64,000 nt of DNA from Spirochaetia bacterium (GCA_963677925.2 CAXXYH010000003.1:608001-672000); one strand, 5' to 3'. Positions 19,821 to 29,665 are shown, counted from the stretch's first letter. Notes: generated from the letters alone by a model not told the origin. Numbers and translations are program-made.

Positions 19821-21368
19821 TTAAAGCCCGTATTTACAAAGTCTCAGTTTTTCCAGTGAACCTCCAAGCAGCAGGATCTCATCTTCCAGAAGAAAAATTG
19901 CATCGATATCCGGATTACTAAAGCCGTCATCCCAGGGAAAAACAAGTCCTGTCCCGCCGAAAGTTTTGTCCAAATCTCCGTCAGGGGTGTAGCGGAAAAG
20001 ACCGCTTGTTTTATAATAAGCGTTAGATGTGCCAACAATGTAGTTGCCCGCATCATCCGTAATTAGCGCTGATAGGGAAAATCTGTAATCGTCTAAAATT
20101 TCTTCAACAATACCATTGCTGCCGAAGCTTGTATCGAAAACTCCAGCAGCAGTAAATCTTGCAAGAAAAATATCTTCATCAGTATTTTCATCAGCATGGA
20201 TAGTTCCACCCACCGTAATCGAACCGTCATCATGAAGCAACAGAGATACAGGACCGTAATAAAAGGTCTCATTGCCTTCAATTACGGCATATCCTGATGA
20301 ATCTGTTCCGAAGTCTGAATCAAGACTGCCATCGGTGTTGAACCTTGCAAGGATCAAATCCTTACCGGAATCACTTGAACGTACACCTGAACCAAGAGCG
20401 AGGATCTTACCGTCAGCCTGCTCGCCGAGCTTATAACCTGCGGTGCTTGTATAATCAGCATTACTGAAATATGCAGTCCCATCGCTGCCGAAACTGGAAT
20501 CTGTTCCGCCGTCTTCTTCACGGATGTTGATATATAAACGGTCCATCTCATTATAGTTTCTGGTTCCGATTGCTGCAAAACTTCCGGAAGCAAGAATTTC
20601 CAAATCTTCTATCGATATTGCATAAACAAGAGGCATGATTCCGTCACCGTTGAATGTTGCGTCCAGGTTTCCATCGGCGTCGTAGCGATATCCGACTGTT
20701 ACATCTGTAGGCGAAAGATCGCGAATTCCGCCGGCCAGTATTCTACCGTCAGCATAAACATCAAAACAACGGAGTTCTTCGGCATTGACAGAATCAGGGT
20801 AATAGGCGATTCCATCGCCCCCCCCGAAGCTTGTATCGGGTTCACCAGAAAGCAGAAGCCTGGTAACGATAAAATCAGTGTCATCCTCAGACCCCACTAA
20901 AATACTTGCTGAATCATATCTTACTGCATCATAAACCATCGAATAGGTGATACCAATCTCATCATTTATATCAACAACCACTACACCGTCTTCCCCATAC
21001 TCAGGGTCGATAGTACCGCATTGACTGACTTTCACCTCACACTCTTCCTGATAGTAGGAATCCTGACTGGATGTAGCGGTTATCACAGCAGTGCCTTCTG
21101 ACAGCGCTGTGACTGTAGTCTCTGTACCTGTATCAGCGACAGAGACTACCGAACTGTCAGAGCTTCTCCAGGTTACGCTGAAAGCATCGTCTCCGTCAAA
21201 AATTTTAACCGTAAGCTCACGCTCTTCACCCCTGAAAAGCTCCAGAGACGTATTGGAAAGCGACAGTCCCGTCACGGGATTAGACTCGCAGGAGGAAAGA
21301 AGTAGTACAAAAACAAAACTGAAACTAAAAAGATAAAATAGCGTCTTTCGAATGTTATACAATTTCAT
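19821..21368 (-). CDS. Lipoprotein with Ig-like (Big_2) domain and delta-60 repeats
   Basis: LLSSC lipobox; VTWRSSDSSVVSV...GTAVITAT; repeated ARFxxDGxLDxxFG and QADGKIL. Confidence 0.85.
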   Translation of the reverse strand: MKLYNIRKTLFYLFSFSFVFVLLLSSCESNPVTGLSLSNTSLELFRGEERELTVKIFDGDDAFSVTWRSSDSSVVSVADTGTETTVTALSEGTAVITATSSQDSYYQEECEVKVSQCGTIDPEYGEDGVVVVDINDEIGITYSMVYDAVRYDSASILVGSEDDTDFIVTRLLLSGEPDTSFGGGDGIAYYPDSVNAEELRCFDVYADGRILAGGIRDLSPTDVTVGYRYDADGNLDATFNGDGIMPLVYAISIEDLEILASGSFAAIGTRNYNEMDRLYINIREEDGGTDSSFGSDGTAYFSNADYTSTAGYKLGEQADGKILALGSGVRSSDSGKDLILARFNTDGSLDSDFGTDSSGYAVIEGNETFYYGPVSLLLHDDGSITVGGTIHADENTDEDIFLARFTAAGVFDTSFGSNGIVEEILDDYRFSLSALITDDAGNYIVGTSNAYYKTSGLFRYTPDGDLDKTFGGTGLVFPWDDGFSNPDIDAIFLLEDEILLLGGSLEKLRLCKYGL

Positions 21369-21382
21369 ACTAAGCTCCTCAA

Positions 21383-22423
21383 TTAGGGGGTGTATTTAAA
21401 CAGATACCCCGAAGAACTTCCCGGTAAGAACCCGTCACCGAATCCTGTCCACTGCCTTAAAAAATATGCATCCCCATCACATAAAACGAAAGAGCTGTTA
21501 CCGTAATCCATGAAATATCCCTCAGGGAAAGATGCAAGCTCTGTCCATTCTGTATCTCCGGGAGTCCATGAATACAGCTTATTCTCATCACCTAGAACAT
21601 AACCGGTTCCGTCTATAGAGAATCCTTTTTCCACTACTCCTGCAGATTCCGGCAGGGAAGGAATTGACACCCAGCTTCCATCGGCAGGATCAAATTCGCT
21701 GAACTCACGAACCGCATTAGTATCCACTCCATCATCGTCGGGGTCCTCGGAACTGTCAACAGGATATTTTCCACCGCCGGAATAGATCTTGTCTCCGATT
21801 GTAAAAAAAGCAGGGTTTCTATAACCGGAATAATCCGAATCGGACATTTGTCTTGTCACTACAGGATCTGCTGTATCGAAATACCAGCTGTAATAGACAT
21901 AATCATAACTATCAGAGGTTCCGAACAAAATGCAGCTGTCTGTCCACGCACAATCAAGACCACTGGCGGGTATATTACTGAAATCAAGTGTTGTAAGTGT
22001 TAAGGTGCCTGCATCAACATCATATTCCCAGACAGTATCATGATTCCAGCCTTCAACAACATAAACCTTTCCATCATGTTCATAAGTTGTACATGAGTCA
22101 TCATCCCTGGTTTCATGACCGCTTATTTCTATCTCTGTCCAGCTTTCGGATTCAGGATTATAAGTCCACATATCAAGCAATGGATTATCAGTGTCTTCAT
22201 GATGTCCAAGACCGTAGTAAACCAGCCCGTCACGTTCAAATAGAACTGCTTCTGCTCTTTTATCTCCAGGGAAGGTTGTCTTTCGCTCCCAGAAATCATG
22301 ATCAAGAGCATTGTCCCTGTCTGCTGCAAAGATTGCCGAATCAGCTGCTGATGGATCAAAGAGATCACAGGCAGTAAAAACAATAAGAGCCAGAATTATT
22401 AAACCTATCATTTTATTCTTCAT
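21383..22423 (-). CDS. Kelch-repeat lipoprotein
   Basis: FTAC lipobox; FPGxxR, YYGLG, DMWTYNP...W, IYSGGG, EFDP...W. Confidence 0.82.
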   Translation of the reverse strand: MKNKMIGLIILALIVFTACDLFDPSAADSAIFAADRDNALDHDFWERKTTFPGDKRAEAVLFERDGLVYYGLGHHEDTDNPLLDMWTYNPESESWTEIEISGHETRDDDSCTTYEHDGKVYVVEGWNHDTVWEYDVDAGTLTLTTLDFSNIPASGLDCAWTDSCILFGTSDSYDYVYYSWYFDTADPVVTRQMSDSDYSGYRNPAFFTIGDKIYSGGGKYPVDSSEDPDDDGVDTNAVREFSEFDPADGSWVSIPSLPESAGVVEKGFSIDGTGYVLGDENKLYSWTPGDTEWTELASFPEGYFMDYGNSSFVLCDGDAYFLRQWTGFGDGFLPGSSSGYLFKYTP

Positions 22424-23945
22424 TCAAGGCCCCCTGCAGTTTTTCAATCTTTCTTTCGATACTGGCTTCCCGGCCTGCCAGCAATACTGATATGAGTGTA
22501 AAGCCTGCGGCCGGCGCTCCTATATACAATGACGTATCACGAAACTCACGCCAGATAAAAATATTGTCTTCTTCAGCGGTTATTGCTGCACCCAGACGGT
22601 CCACTTCCGCCTGAGTAGTCGCAGCATCATACAGCGGTGCAAGCTCTGTCAGCTCATCTGTTGCCGACCATATCATATACTCTCCGGCAGCCGCGACTGA
22701 AGCACTCACGGCAGTTATCGAGCCGAAGATCCAGCTGCATCCCTTCCAGAATGCGGTAGATTTTTTTGCTCCTTCAAGCTTGAGACTAAGCTCAGCTATT
22801 TCTTCGCGTATTAAATATTCTTCTGTATATTCAAGTTCCTGTTCAATTCTTAATGTTTCATCACGGACTATCTCAACATCGATCACCGTATCTTTATAAT
22901 CCGGATGCGATACAGTTACTTTATAACTGCCTGCTGCCAAAGTGTTAGTAGAGTTGGCTTTTAGCTGAATAAGCTCACCATCCTTATTCACAGCTTTGGC
23001 AGCTGCGCCTTCAGTACCAAGTATTTCAAGATACCCGCCCGGTATAAGCTCAATAGTCAGGCGTGTTGTTACACCTGACTCTATTTCAACATCATCGATA
23101 TAGAACCATCCATCACCCTCGACATGAATTTGTTTGGTTCCTGCAGGAACAGCTTTGTTGAGCCCCTTCTTTGCGGAAAAATCTCCGATGGTTATTTCAT
23201 ATCCTGCGGCTTCTTTCGGAATAACCGTAAGAATTACGTTTCCAGTAAGCAGTTTGATATCAGCTTCAATTTCTACAATATCTTTGGATAGAATTGTTAT
23301 CTCTTTTGTAAAAACATTATCTTCTGACTTTACCTCTACCAGATGGCTGCCAAACACTACATTTTCAATAAGCAGTGGAGTAATCCCAACACTCTCACCG
23401 TCCAGAAATACTTCAAGTTCAAGATCATCGGGGGCAGTAACATAAATTTCACCGACGACTTCGAATGAAACTCCGGTTTCCGGATTGTAATCCAGCCCCG
23501 CCAGCTTGTATGAAGCCGAAAAAACCTGTTCCTGCATTTCATCAAGTGAGCTGAATGTTACAACTTCGGCTCCTACGGTTCTGCTTGTTCCTACATCAAT
23601 CATGCGGACAGCGAGGTTATATGTACTTCCAACAGCCGACAATTCTCCAAGCACAATAATTTCTGCGGCAAGAAGTTTACCGACTTCGATCGCACATGAA
23701 TCATCAGTACAGCCGGAAAGAGAAAAAGCCTGTGCTTCCAGAATCTCCTGCATGTCGTTGTAGCTTAAAACCGTGTACAGATCTGTTTTAAAAAGGGCTG
23801 TCTCTACAATACTCCGGCAGGCTGTGGCATCCGCTTCTGAAACACCGTTTGCAGTTATAGCTGTTACAGCAAGAAGCGGTTTACTCTGAGCATAAACACT
23901 CGCTGAACCTACTAATAAAAATAAACATATTATATATTTCCGCAT
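22413..23945 (-). CDS. Exported protein: CsgG/TolB-N-like domain, PEGA domains and C-terminal helical hairpin
   Basis: EQAFSLSGC.DDSCAIEVGKLL; VFLDGESVGITPL; GSYKVTVSHPDY; two hydrophobic C-terminal helices. Confidence 0.8.
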   Translation of the reverse strand: MRKYIICLFLLVGSASVYAQSKPLLAVTAITANGVSEADATACRSIVETALFKTDLYTVLSYNDMQEILEAQAFSLSGCTDDSCAIEVGKLLAAEIIVLGELSAVGSTYNLAVRMIDVGTSRTVGAEVVTFSSLDEMQEQVFSASYKLAGLDYNPETGVSFEVVGEIYVTAPDDLELEVFLDGESVGITPLLIENVVFGSHLVEVKSEDNVFTKEITILSKDIVEIEADIKLLTGNVILTVIPKEAAGYEITIGDFSAKKGLNKAVPAGTKQIHVEGDGWFYIDDVEIESGVTTRLTIELIPGGYLEILGTEGAAAKAVNKDGELIQLKANSTNTLAAGSYKVTVSHPDYKDTVIDVEIVRDETLRIEQELEYTEEYLIREEIAELSLKLEGAKKSTAFWKGCSWIFGSITAVSASVAAAGEYMIWSATDELTELAPLYDAATTQAEVDRLGAAITAEEDNIFIWREFRDTSLYIGAPAAGFTLISVLLAGREASIERKIEKLQGALNEE

Positions 23946-23950
23946 AAAAT

Positions 23951-23979
23951 ATTGTATGTTAGGTAAGTTTATGGGTCAA
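23951..23979 (-). promoter_or_regulatory. Sigma70 promoter directly before the ATG of the PEGA gene
   Basis: TTGACC-17 nt-TACAAT, 5 nt upstream of ATG 23945, no SD. Confidence 0.75.
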
Positions 23980-24018
23980 GGAATAAAAAATGTTACGGCC
24001 TGGTGGGACTTTTACAAC

Positions 24019-24084
24019 AGCAGCCTCTAATCAGGCAGCTTTTTTCTTGCAAGAACGAAATAATGTTTACTTGTTTGGATACGG
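24019..24084. repeat. 66-bp imperfect direct repeat, right copy
   Basis: Matches 19746-19811. Confidence 0.9.
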
Positions 24085-24140
24085 CCTTCAATAAAACAAT
24101 CATCAATATGCCTTATCTGTTTGATTTCAAAGTTTGTAAA
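24027..24140 (-). pseudogene. 3'-end remnant of a lost gene (possibly a SAM methyltransferase C-terminus)
   Basis: Reads TFTNFEIKQIRHIDDCFIEGRIQTSKHYFVLARKKLPD*; synonymous divergence from the left repeat copy supports past coding. Confidence 0.6.
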
Positions 24141-24179
24141 TGTCTTGCGATTTTCAGAGTTTACTGCATAATAGCTTGT

Positions 24180-24950
24180 ATGCATAATAACCAAACACCG
24201 ATCATAAAATTATTACTAATACTGTTTCTCTTTACATCTTTTTCAATTTTCGCAGATGATAAAAGCACGAATACAATAACAGTAGATTCATTTGACGGCC
24301 CCGGTTCTGGCGGATATTACGACGGCAGCAGAATAATCTGGAATGCAGTCGGCAGCAGATATGCTACCCGCTTTGAATCGGAAAACCCTGGCGCTCCTGA
24401 AAACTTTCCCAGACTGGCTTATGCAGACAGGAACGCAGCGCCTGATATTTTCGGAACTCTGCCGGAACCATCTGAAAACTCGGCAGTGCTTGGTATCTGG
24501 TCCAGATTCGATCGGCCCGGCTATAATTCATATGAAATACTTCCCGGAGAAACCAGCGAAGGAGAATGGATTTACCGTCCGATTGAACTGGTTCAAAAAG
24601 TAAAAAGTATAAGCTTTTTAGCCTGGGGATCAGATTTGGATTATGAGATTGAGATTCATATAATGGATACGAACGGCTTTGTGTATCAGCTTCGGCCTTT
24701 CAGGACGGATACTGCAAACGGGAAACATATTGAATCAAGCTTAAAGTATACAGGATGGGCAGAGTTCTCAGCTAAAATACCGGATTATATAATCCAGCGA
24801 GACGTTGCAGTATCAAACCGGTTCCCTCTGTATATAAGTAAATTTGTTGTCCGGACTATGCCCGAAGAAAAAATTTCTGAATGCCGGCTTTATCTGGACA
24901 GGCTTGAAGTGATTACCATCCCGGCAGAGACTCTCGACGGGCTCTTTTAG
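24180..24950 (+). CDS. flaA: FlaA-family flagellar filament outer-layer protein (divergent)
   Basis: Signal peptide; LGIWSRFDRPGYN, PIEL..KVKSISF.AWGS, L.YTGW....KIP, LYLD.L; start ATG 24180. Confidence 0.75.
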   Translation: MHNNQTPIIKLLLILFLFTSFSIFADDKSTNTITVDSFDGPGSGGYYDGSRIIWNAVGSRYATRFESENPGAPENFPRLAYADRNAAPDIFGTLPEPSENSAVLGIWSRFDRPGYNSYEILPGETSEGEWIYRPIELVQKVKSISFLAWGSDLDYEIEIHIMDTNGFVYQLRPFRTDTANGKHIESSLKYTGWAEFSAKIPDYIIQRDVAVSNRFPLYISKFVVRTMPEEKISECRLYLDRLEVITIPAETLDGLF

Positions 24951-25843
24951 TCCCCCCGTCTCTGAAGGACTCTTTCTCCGGCAGGGATATCCCTTGTAAT
25001 CCAGACGTTACCGCCTATTTCTGCGCCCTTCCCGATGGTTACACGGCCCAGAACTGTGGCACCTGCATAAACTATCACATCATCTTCAACTATCGGATGG
25101 CGGGGAATGTTTTTAATGGGGTTACCGTCTTCATCTTTGGGAAAGCTCTTTGCTCCCAGAGTTACCCCCTGGTAGATCCTTACGTTCCGTCCGATTATTG
25201 AGGTTTCTCCTATTACGGTTCCTGTTCCATGGTCAATAAAGAACCGCTCGCCTATTGTTGCACCGGGATGAATGTCTATTCCCGCTTCGGAGTGAGCCAT
25301 TTCACTTATCAGTCTGGGGATAATTGGAACACCAAGCTTGTACAGCTCATGGGCAATACGGTGATTTGTAAGCGCCCGGATGCTCGGATAGCAGAATATA
25401 GCCTCACCTATGCTTCGGGCTGCCGGGTCGCCCTCATAGGCAGCTTCGGCATCGGTTACCAGCATATGGCGGATATAGGGCAGCTTTTCAAACAGGCCTT
25501 TTACAGCTTTCTGTGAACTTGTTTCACAGACTGAGCATACAGAATCACTTATACAGGAAAAACAGAATCCGCGGCGAAGCTGTTCAGCAAGAATAGAGTA
25601 ACACTTATCAAGAGTTGCACCGATGTAGAAATCCATTGTATCTTCCCGCAGTTCGGTATGTATGTAATATCCTGGAAAAAGAACAGAACGAAGCAGCTCA
25701 ACAGCCTTCTTAAGCTCTTCAACATCAGGCATATGCATGTCGTGATGATGTGATTTAAAGAATACTCTTTTATATGATTCAGGCTGACACAGTTCTGAAA
25801 CAACTTTCTGTAAATCAAGTTTTATGTCTTGTGATTCTGACAT
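24947..25843 (-). CDS. cysE: Serine O-acetyltransferase (long type)
   Basis: GDPAA, YPSI...HRIAH, DIHPGA, FFIDHGTG, YQGVTLGA, PRHP. Confidence 0.93.
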   Translation of the reverse strand: MSESQDIKLDLQKVVSELCQPESYKRVFFKSHHHDMHMPDVEELKKAVELLRSVLFPGYYIHTELREDTMDFYIGATLDKCYSILAEQLRRGFCFSCISDSVCSVCETSSQKAVKGLFEKLPYIRHMLVTDAEAAYEGDPAARSIGEAIFCYPSIRALTNHRIAHELYKLGVPIIPRLISEMAHSEAGIDIHPGATIGERFFIDHGTGTVIGETSIIGRNVRIYQGVTLGAKSFPKDEDGNPIKNIPRHPIVEDDVIVYAGATVLGRVTIGKGAEIGGNVWITRDIPAGERVLQRRGD

Positions 25844-25864
25844 TCTGACTCCTGTGGTGTGAGT

Positions 25865-26800
25865 TTATTCTGTAAAAAGTCCGGAAGAAAGATATCTTTC
25901 ACCGGTATCAGGGACTATGAATACAATTGTTTTATCTTTATTTTCAGGAAGCGATGCAGTTTGAAAAGCTGCATATGCAGCAGCACCTGCTGATATCCCG
26001 CAGAAGATGCCCTCTTCTTTCATCAGTCTTCTTGAGAAATCCATGGCATCATTGTCTTTCACTTTTATAACACTGTCTACAATGGAGAGGTCAAGGTTAT
26101 CAGGAATAAATCCGGCACCTATTCCCTGAATTTTATGACTGCCGGGCTTCAGCACTTTACCTTCCAGCTTCTGAGTAATTACCGGAGAGGTTTCCGGCTC
26201 TACAGCAATAACTTCAAGATCGGGATTAAGCTCCTTAATACCCTTTGCAGTACCGCTGAGGGTTCCTCCGGTTCCTACACAGGCAATAAGAATATCAACA
26301 AGACCGTTGCTGTCTTTCCAGATTTCAGCTGCAGTAGTCCGGTAATGCATATCAGGATTGGAAGGATTAATAAACTGACCCGGGATAAAGGAGGATTCAC
26401 TTTCAGAAGCAATCTGCTCAGCTCTATTGATAGCACCCTTCATGCCTTCTGTTCCGGGCGTAAGCACAAGTTCTGCGCCGAAGCCGGCAAGAACCTGTCT
26501 TCGTTCAATACTCATTGTTTCAGGCATGGTTAGAACAAGCCGGTAGCCCCGGACAGCACAGACCATTGCAAGGCCTATTCCTGTGTTGCCGCTTGTCGGC
26601 TCTACTATAACCGTATTTTCTTTTATAAGTCCGCGCTTTTCAGCGTCCTCTATTAGAGCCAGGGCAATTCTGTCTTTTACAGAACTGCCCGGATTAAAAT
26701 ATTCGAGTTTAGCAAGAACCTCGGCATTGCTGCCGCAGACACGGTTTATACGAACAAGTGGTGTATTACCGATTAGTCCGGCGACATTATCAGCCCTCAT
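25865..26800 (-). CDS. cysK: Cysteine synthase A
   Basis: IGNTPL, NPGSSVKDR, EPTSGNTG, GTGGT, HKIQGIG, PDTGERYLS. Confidence 0.96.
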   Translation of the reverse strand: MRADNVAGLIGNTPLVRINRVCGSNAEVLAKLEYFNPGSSVKDRIALALIEDAEKRGLIKENTVIVEPTSGNTGIGLAMVCAVRGYRLVLTMPETMSIERRQVLAGFGAELVLTPGTEGMKGAINRAEQIASESESSFIPGQFINPSNPDMHYRTTAAEIWKDSNGLVDILIACVGTGGTLSGTAKGIKELNPDLEVIAVEPETSPVITQKLEGKVLKPGSHKIQGIGAGFIPDNLDLSIVDSVIKVKDNDAMDFSRRLMKEEGIFCGISAGAAAYAAFQTASLPENKDKTIVFIVPDTGERYLSSGLFTE

Positions 26801-27762
26801 AATATATGAACCTTGATTGATTTATCTACCTTGTTTTTAAGAGTATCGCTAATCGCCTCAAAAGTACCGGTTCTGCTTGCTGCACAGCCTGCGCATGCAC
26901 CCTTGTACCTTATGAAAATATTAGTAAAATCATCTTCGTCTTTCATATCAACGACTTCAACGCTTCCGCCGTCGGCATTAAGGATTGGCAGAATTGACTC
27001 TTCTATTGCCTTTTCTACAGCCTTATGCTTCTGTATCAGAGTAAGCTCTGAAAAAGCCTTGTCTTCAGGACCGGCGTTGAGTCTGTCCTTCTCCATCTCA
27101 GCCCTTGTATCACGAAGGATGTCCTCAAGATGAAATTTTCTCTCTTCATGGCCGCCCGGTTTCACACAGGACTTGCAGAAAGCACCGGCCTTTGTATACT
27201 GGGTTATCTCTTCCACAGTCTTGAGATCATTGAGTTTAATAACCTCTTTAATAGTACTGAGTGATACCCTTGCACATTCACAGACAATCTCTTCCTCTTC
27301 GAAAACAGACATATCAACGTTCTTGTACAATGATGCGGCTTTCTTGATTACATCATAGGCCATAACCGAACAATGCATTTTCTGGGGAGGAACCGCAGGA
27401 GTATCAGGTGAATCACGCAGATTCTTTTCAACATCAAGGTTAGTAATTTTTACTGCTTCATCAACAGTAAGCCCTATACACATCTCTGCCATAACATCGC
27501 TTGATGCAATAGCTGTTCCGCAGCCGAAACTCTTAAATCTTGCGTCAAGGATTTTATCGGTAGCTGTATCAACCATCCAGTACAGACGAACAGCGTCGCC
27601 GCAGGCATCAGCTCCGTAATCCGCAACTATCAGCTTAGCATTTTTTGCAGCAGCCTCTGCCTCGGTAATTTCACCCATGTATTTAGGCTCATTCATTCTG
27701 CTGCTTACTTTATCTGAATACTGTTCCCAGAGGGAACCTCCAATTAAATCTTTCTTTCCCAT
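26797..27762 (-). CDS. nifU: NifU Fe-S scaffold, epsilonproteobacterial type (IscU, BFD-like and Nfu domains)
   Basis: ACGDAVRLYW, FGCGTAIASS, PPQKMHCSVM, VCEC, GAFCKSC, GACAGC. Confidence 0.95.
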   Translation of the reverse strand: MGKKDLIGGSLWEQYSDKVSSRMNEPKYMGEITEAEAAAKNAKLIVADYGADACGDAVRLYWMVDTATDKILDARFKSFGCGTAIASSDVMAEMCIGLTVDEAVKITNLDVEKNLRDSPDTPAVPPQKMHCSVMAYDVIKKAASLYKNVDMSVFEEEEIVCECARVSLSTIKEVIKLNDLKTVEEITQYTKAGAFCKSCVKPGGHEERKFHLEDILRDTRAEMEKDRLNAGPEDKAFSELTLIQKHKAVEKAIEESILPILNADGGSVEVVDMKDEDDFTNIFIRYKGACAGCAASRTGTFEAISDTLKNKVDKSIKVHIL

Positions 27763-27776
27763 TGATAGTCTCCGGA

Positions 27777-28955
27777 TTAAATATATTCTTTGCTGCTGGT
27801 GGAGGAAATTCCCCGAAGTCTGGCAACAGCTTTTTTAATAATATCGATAGTATAGTCAATCTCTTCCTCAGTTGTGAATCTCGAAAGACTGAACCTCATA
27901 CCGGTGTGGGCAAGGTCCTGCGCAATATTCATGGCAACGAAGGTTGGGTTTGACTCAAGTGATTCTGAAGCGCATGCGCTTCCCGTAGATGCTGCAATAC
28001 CGTTCTGATTAAGATCCCAGAGAAAGGCTTCGCCTTCAATGCCCCTGAAGCTGGCAAGGATGGTATTAGGTGTACGGATGTCCCTGCTGCCGATAACCTC
28101 TGAATCTTCTATTGAAAGAATTGCATCTTCAAGCTTGTCCCTTAGACGTCTGACTTGCTTATTCTCAAATTCAAGATTCTGTGTGGCAAGTTCCATTGCA
28201 TAACCCATTCCAATAAAAGACTGAACGTTGATTGTTCCCGCTCTTAAGCCGGCCATCTGCTCACCGCCGTGAAAAAGCGGAACAAGCGGAGCGCCTTCAC
28301 GTACATACAAGCCGCCGATACCCTTGGGGCCGTGAAACTTGTGTGCACTGAAGGTAATATAATCAGCCTTTACCTTCTGCATGTCTACAGGAAGCTTGCC
28401 GATTGCCTGTACCGCATCAAGGTGAAGAGGTACGCCGTTTTCGCGGCAAATCTCACCATAAGCTTCAACCGGGTTAATTATTCCAGTCTCATTATTTGCC
28501 CATATTATCGATACAAGGGCAGTGTTATCGGGATCGATCGTGTCTTTGAGAACCTGGGGATCTACAATTCCTTCGGTATTTACCGGAAGCCATTTAATTT
28601 CCATACCGAGCTTGTGAAGAAATTCACAGGTTTCTGATACCGCCGGGTGTTCAATGCTGCTGGTAATAATCTGTTTCTTTCCTGAATTAAGCATGTAGTT
28701 GAAATATGCTGTCTTCAAAACCGTATTATTACCCTCTGTGGCACAGCTGGTGATAAGTATATCATCATCATCGCCTGCATTGATTCCGTCATAAAGTCTG
28801 TCCAGAGCTATTTTCATATAAGGATGGACTTCTGTACCGAAACTGTGCAGTGAATTCGGATTACCGTACATCTGACAGGCAAAGGGCTCCATCGCATCCT
28901 TGACTGCCGGGTCTACTATAGTTGTAGCATTATTATCTAGATAAATTCTTTCCAT
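27777..28955 (-). CDS. nifS: Cysteine desulfurase NifS
   Basis: YLDNNATT, SAHKFHGPKG, STGSACAS, RFSLSRFTT. Confidence 0.95.
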   Translation of the reverse strand: MERIYLDNNATTIVDPAVKDAMEPFACQMYGNPNSLHSFGTEVHPYMKIALDRLYDGINAGDDDDILITSCATEGNNTVLKTAYFNYMLNSGKKQIITSSIEHPAVSETCEFLHKLGMEIKWLPVNTEGIVDPQVLKDTIDPDNTALVSIIWANNETGIINPVEAYGEICRENGVPLHLDAVQAIGKLPVDMQKVKADYITFSAHKFHGPKGIGGLYVREGAPLVPLFHGGEQMAGLRAGTINVQSFIGMGYAMELATQNLEFENKQVRRLRDKLEDAILSIEDSEVIGSRDIRTPNTILASFRGIEGEAFLWDLNQNGIAASTGSACASESLESNPTFVAMNIAQDLAHTGMRFSLSRFTTEEEIDYTIDIIKKAVARLRGISSTSSKEYI

Positions 28956-28999
28956 ATACTATAGAAATATAGCTATAAAAATTGATAAAGACAACTATT

Positions 29000-29647
29000 T
29001 TACCCCTCTTCGAAGTCTTTCGAACTTCCTTTGAAACCGGGAATTCGTTTTACCTTCGGAAGTGAAAGGCCGGTCTTCATAGCAAGCAGCCTGAACACTG
29101 TGGTTAAGGCAAAAGCGGTAAAAATGGAGAGGTCCGGAGACATTCCAATATGTGCCGAGAGGATGTAGACCCCTGCTCCGGCAAAGGAAGCTGTTGCATA
29201 AAAATCACGGCTGATAACGCCTGGGATTTCACGGACAAGCACATCTCGCAGCATCCCGCCGCCGGTAGCAGTGAGTGCTCCGGTAAGAAGTATTCCTACT
29301 ATGCCGAGATCAAAGGCGGCGCCCTTCGCTGCGCCTATGGCCGTGAATACGCCAAGCCCTACAGCATCGAGCACTTTTACGAGTTTCCATATTTTTGCTA
29401 TTCGCGGGGCAAGAAGGGCTGTAAGAATACCTGTGGCAATACAGGCGATAAAATATGTTTCATTACGGAAGGCTGCCGGCGGGGTATCACCCAGAAGCAG
29501 GTCGCGGAAAATTCCCCCTCCTACTCCGGTGATAAGTGAAAGTACACAGACGCCCAGGATATCAAGCTCATGCCGGATAGCCTTAAAGGCGCCAGTTATT
29601 GCAAAAATTACAGTACCGAAAATATCAAGATAGTAGAGAACTACCAT
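29000..29647 (-). CDS. TRIC/YadS (UPF0126) membrane protein
   Basis: GT..FAITGA, GGGIFRD, DAVGLG, GGGMLRDVL. Confidence 0.9.
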   Translation of the reverse strand: MVVLYYLDIFGTVIFAITGAFKAIRHELDILGVCVLSLITGVGGGIFRDLLLGDTPPAAFRNETYFIACIATGILTALLAPRIAKIWKLVKVLDAVGLGVFTAIGAAKGAAFDLGIVGILLTGALTATGGGMLRDVLVREIPGVISRDFYATASFAGAGVYILSAHIGMSPDLSIFTAFALTTVFRLLAMKTGLSLPKVKRIPGFKGSSKDFEEG

Positions 29648-29665
29648 GGCGGTACCTCTGTTTAA

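Noticed and set aside
19740-24090. Integron cassette with attC sites
   Set aside because: The repeats lack RYYYAAC/GTTRRRY inverted ends and show a coding-type substitution pattern; no intI is present.
24003-24179. N-terminal extension of the FlaA-like ORF
   Set aside because: It is the antisense of the gene remnant and repeat; the signal peptide and promoter point to ATG 24180.
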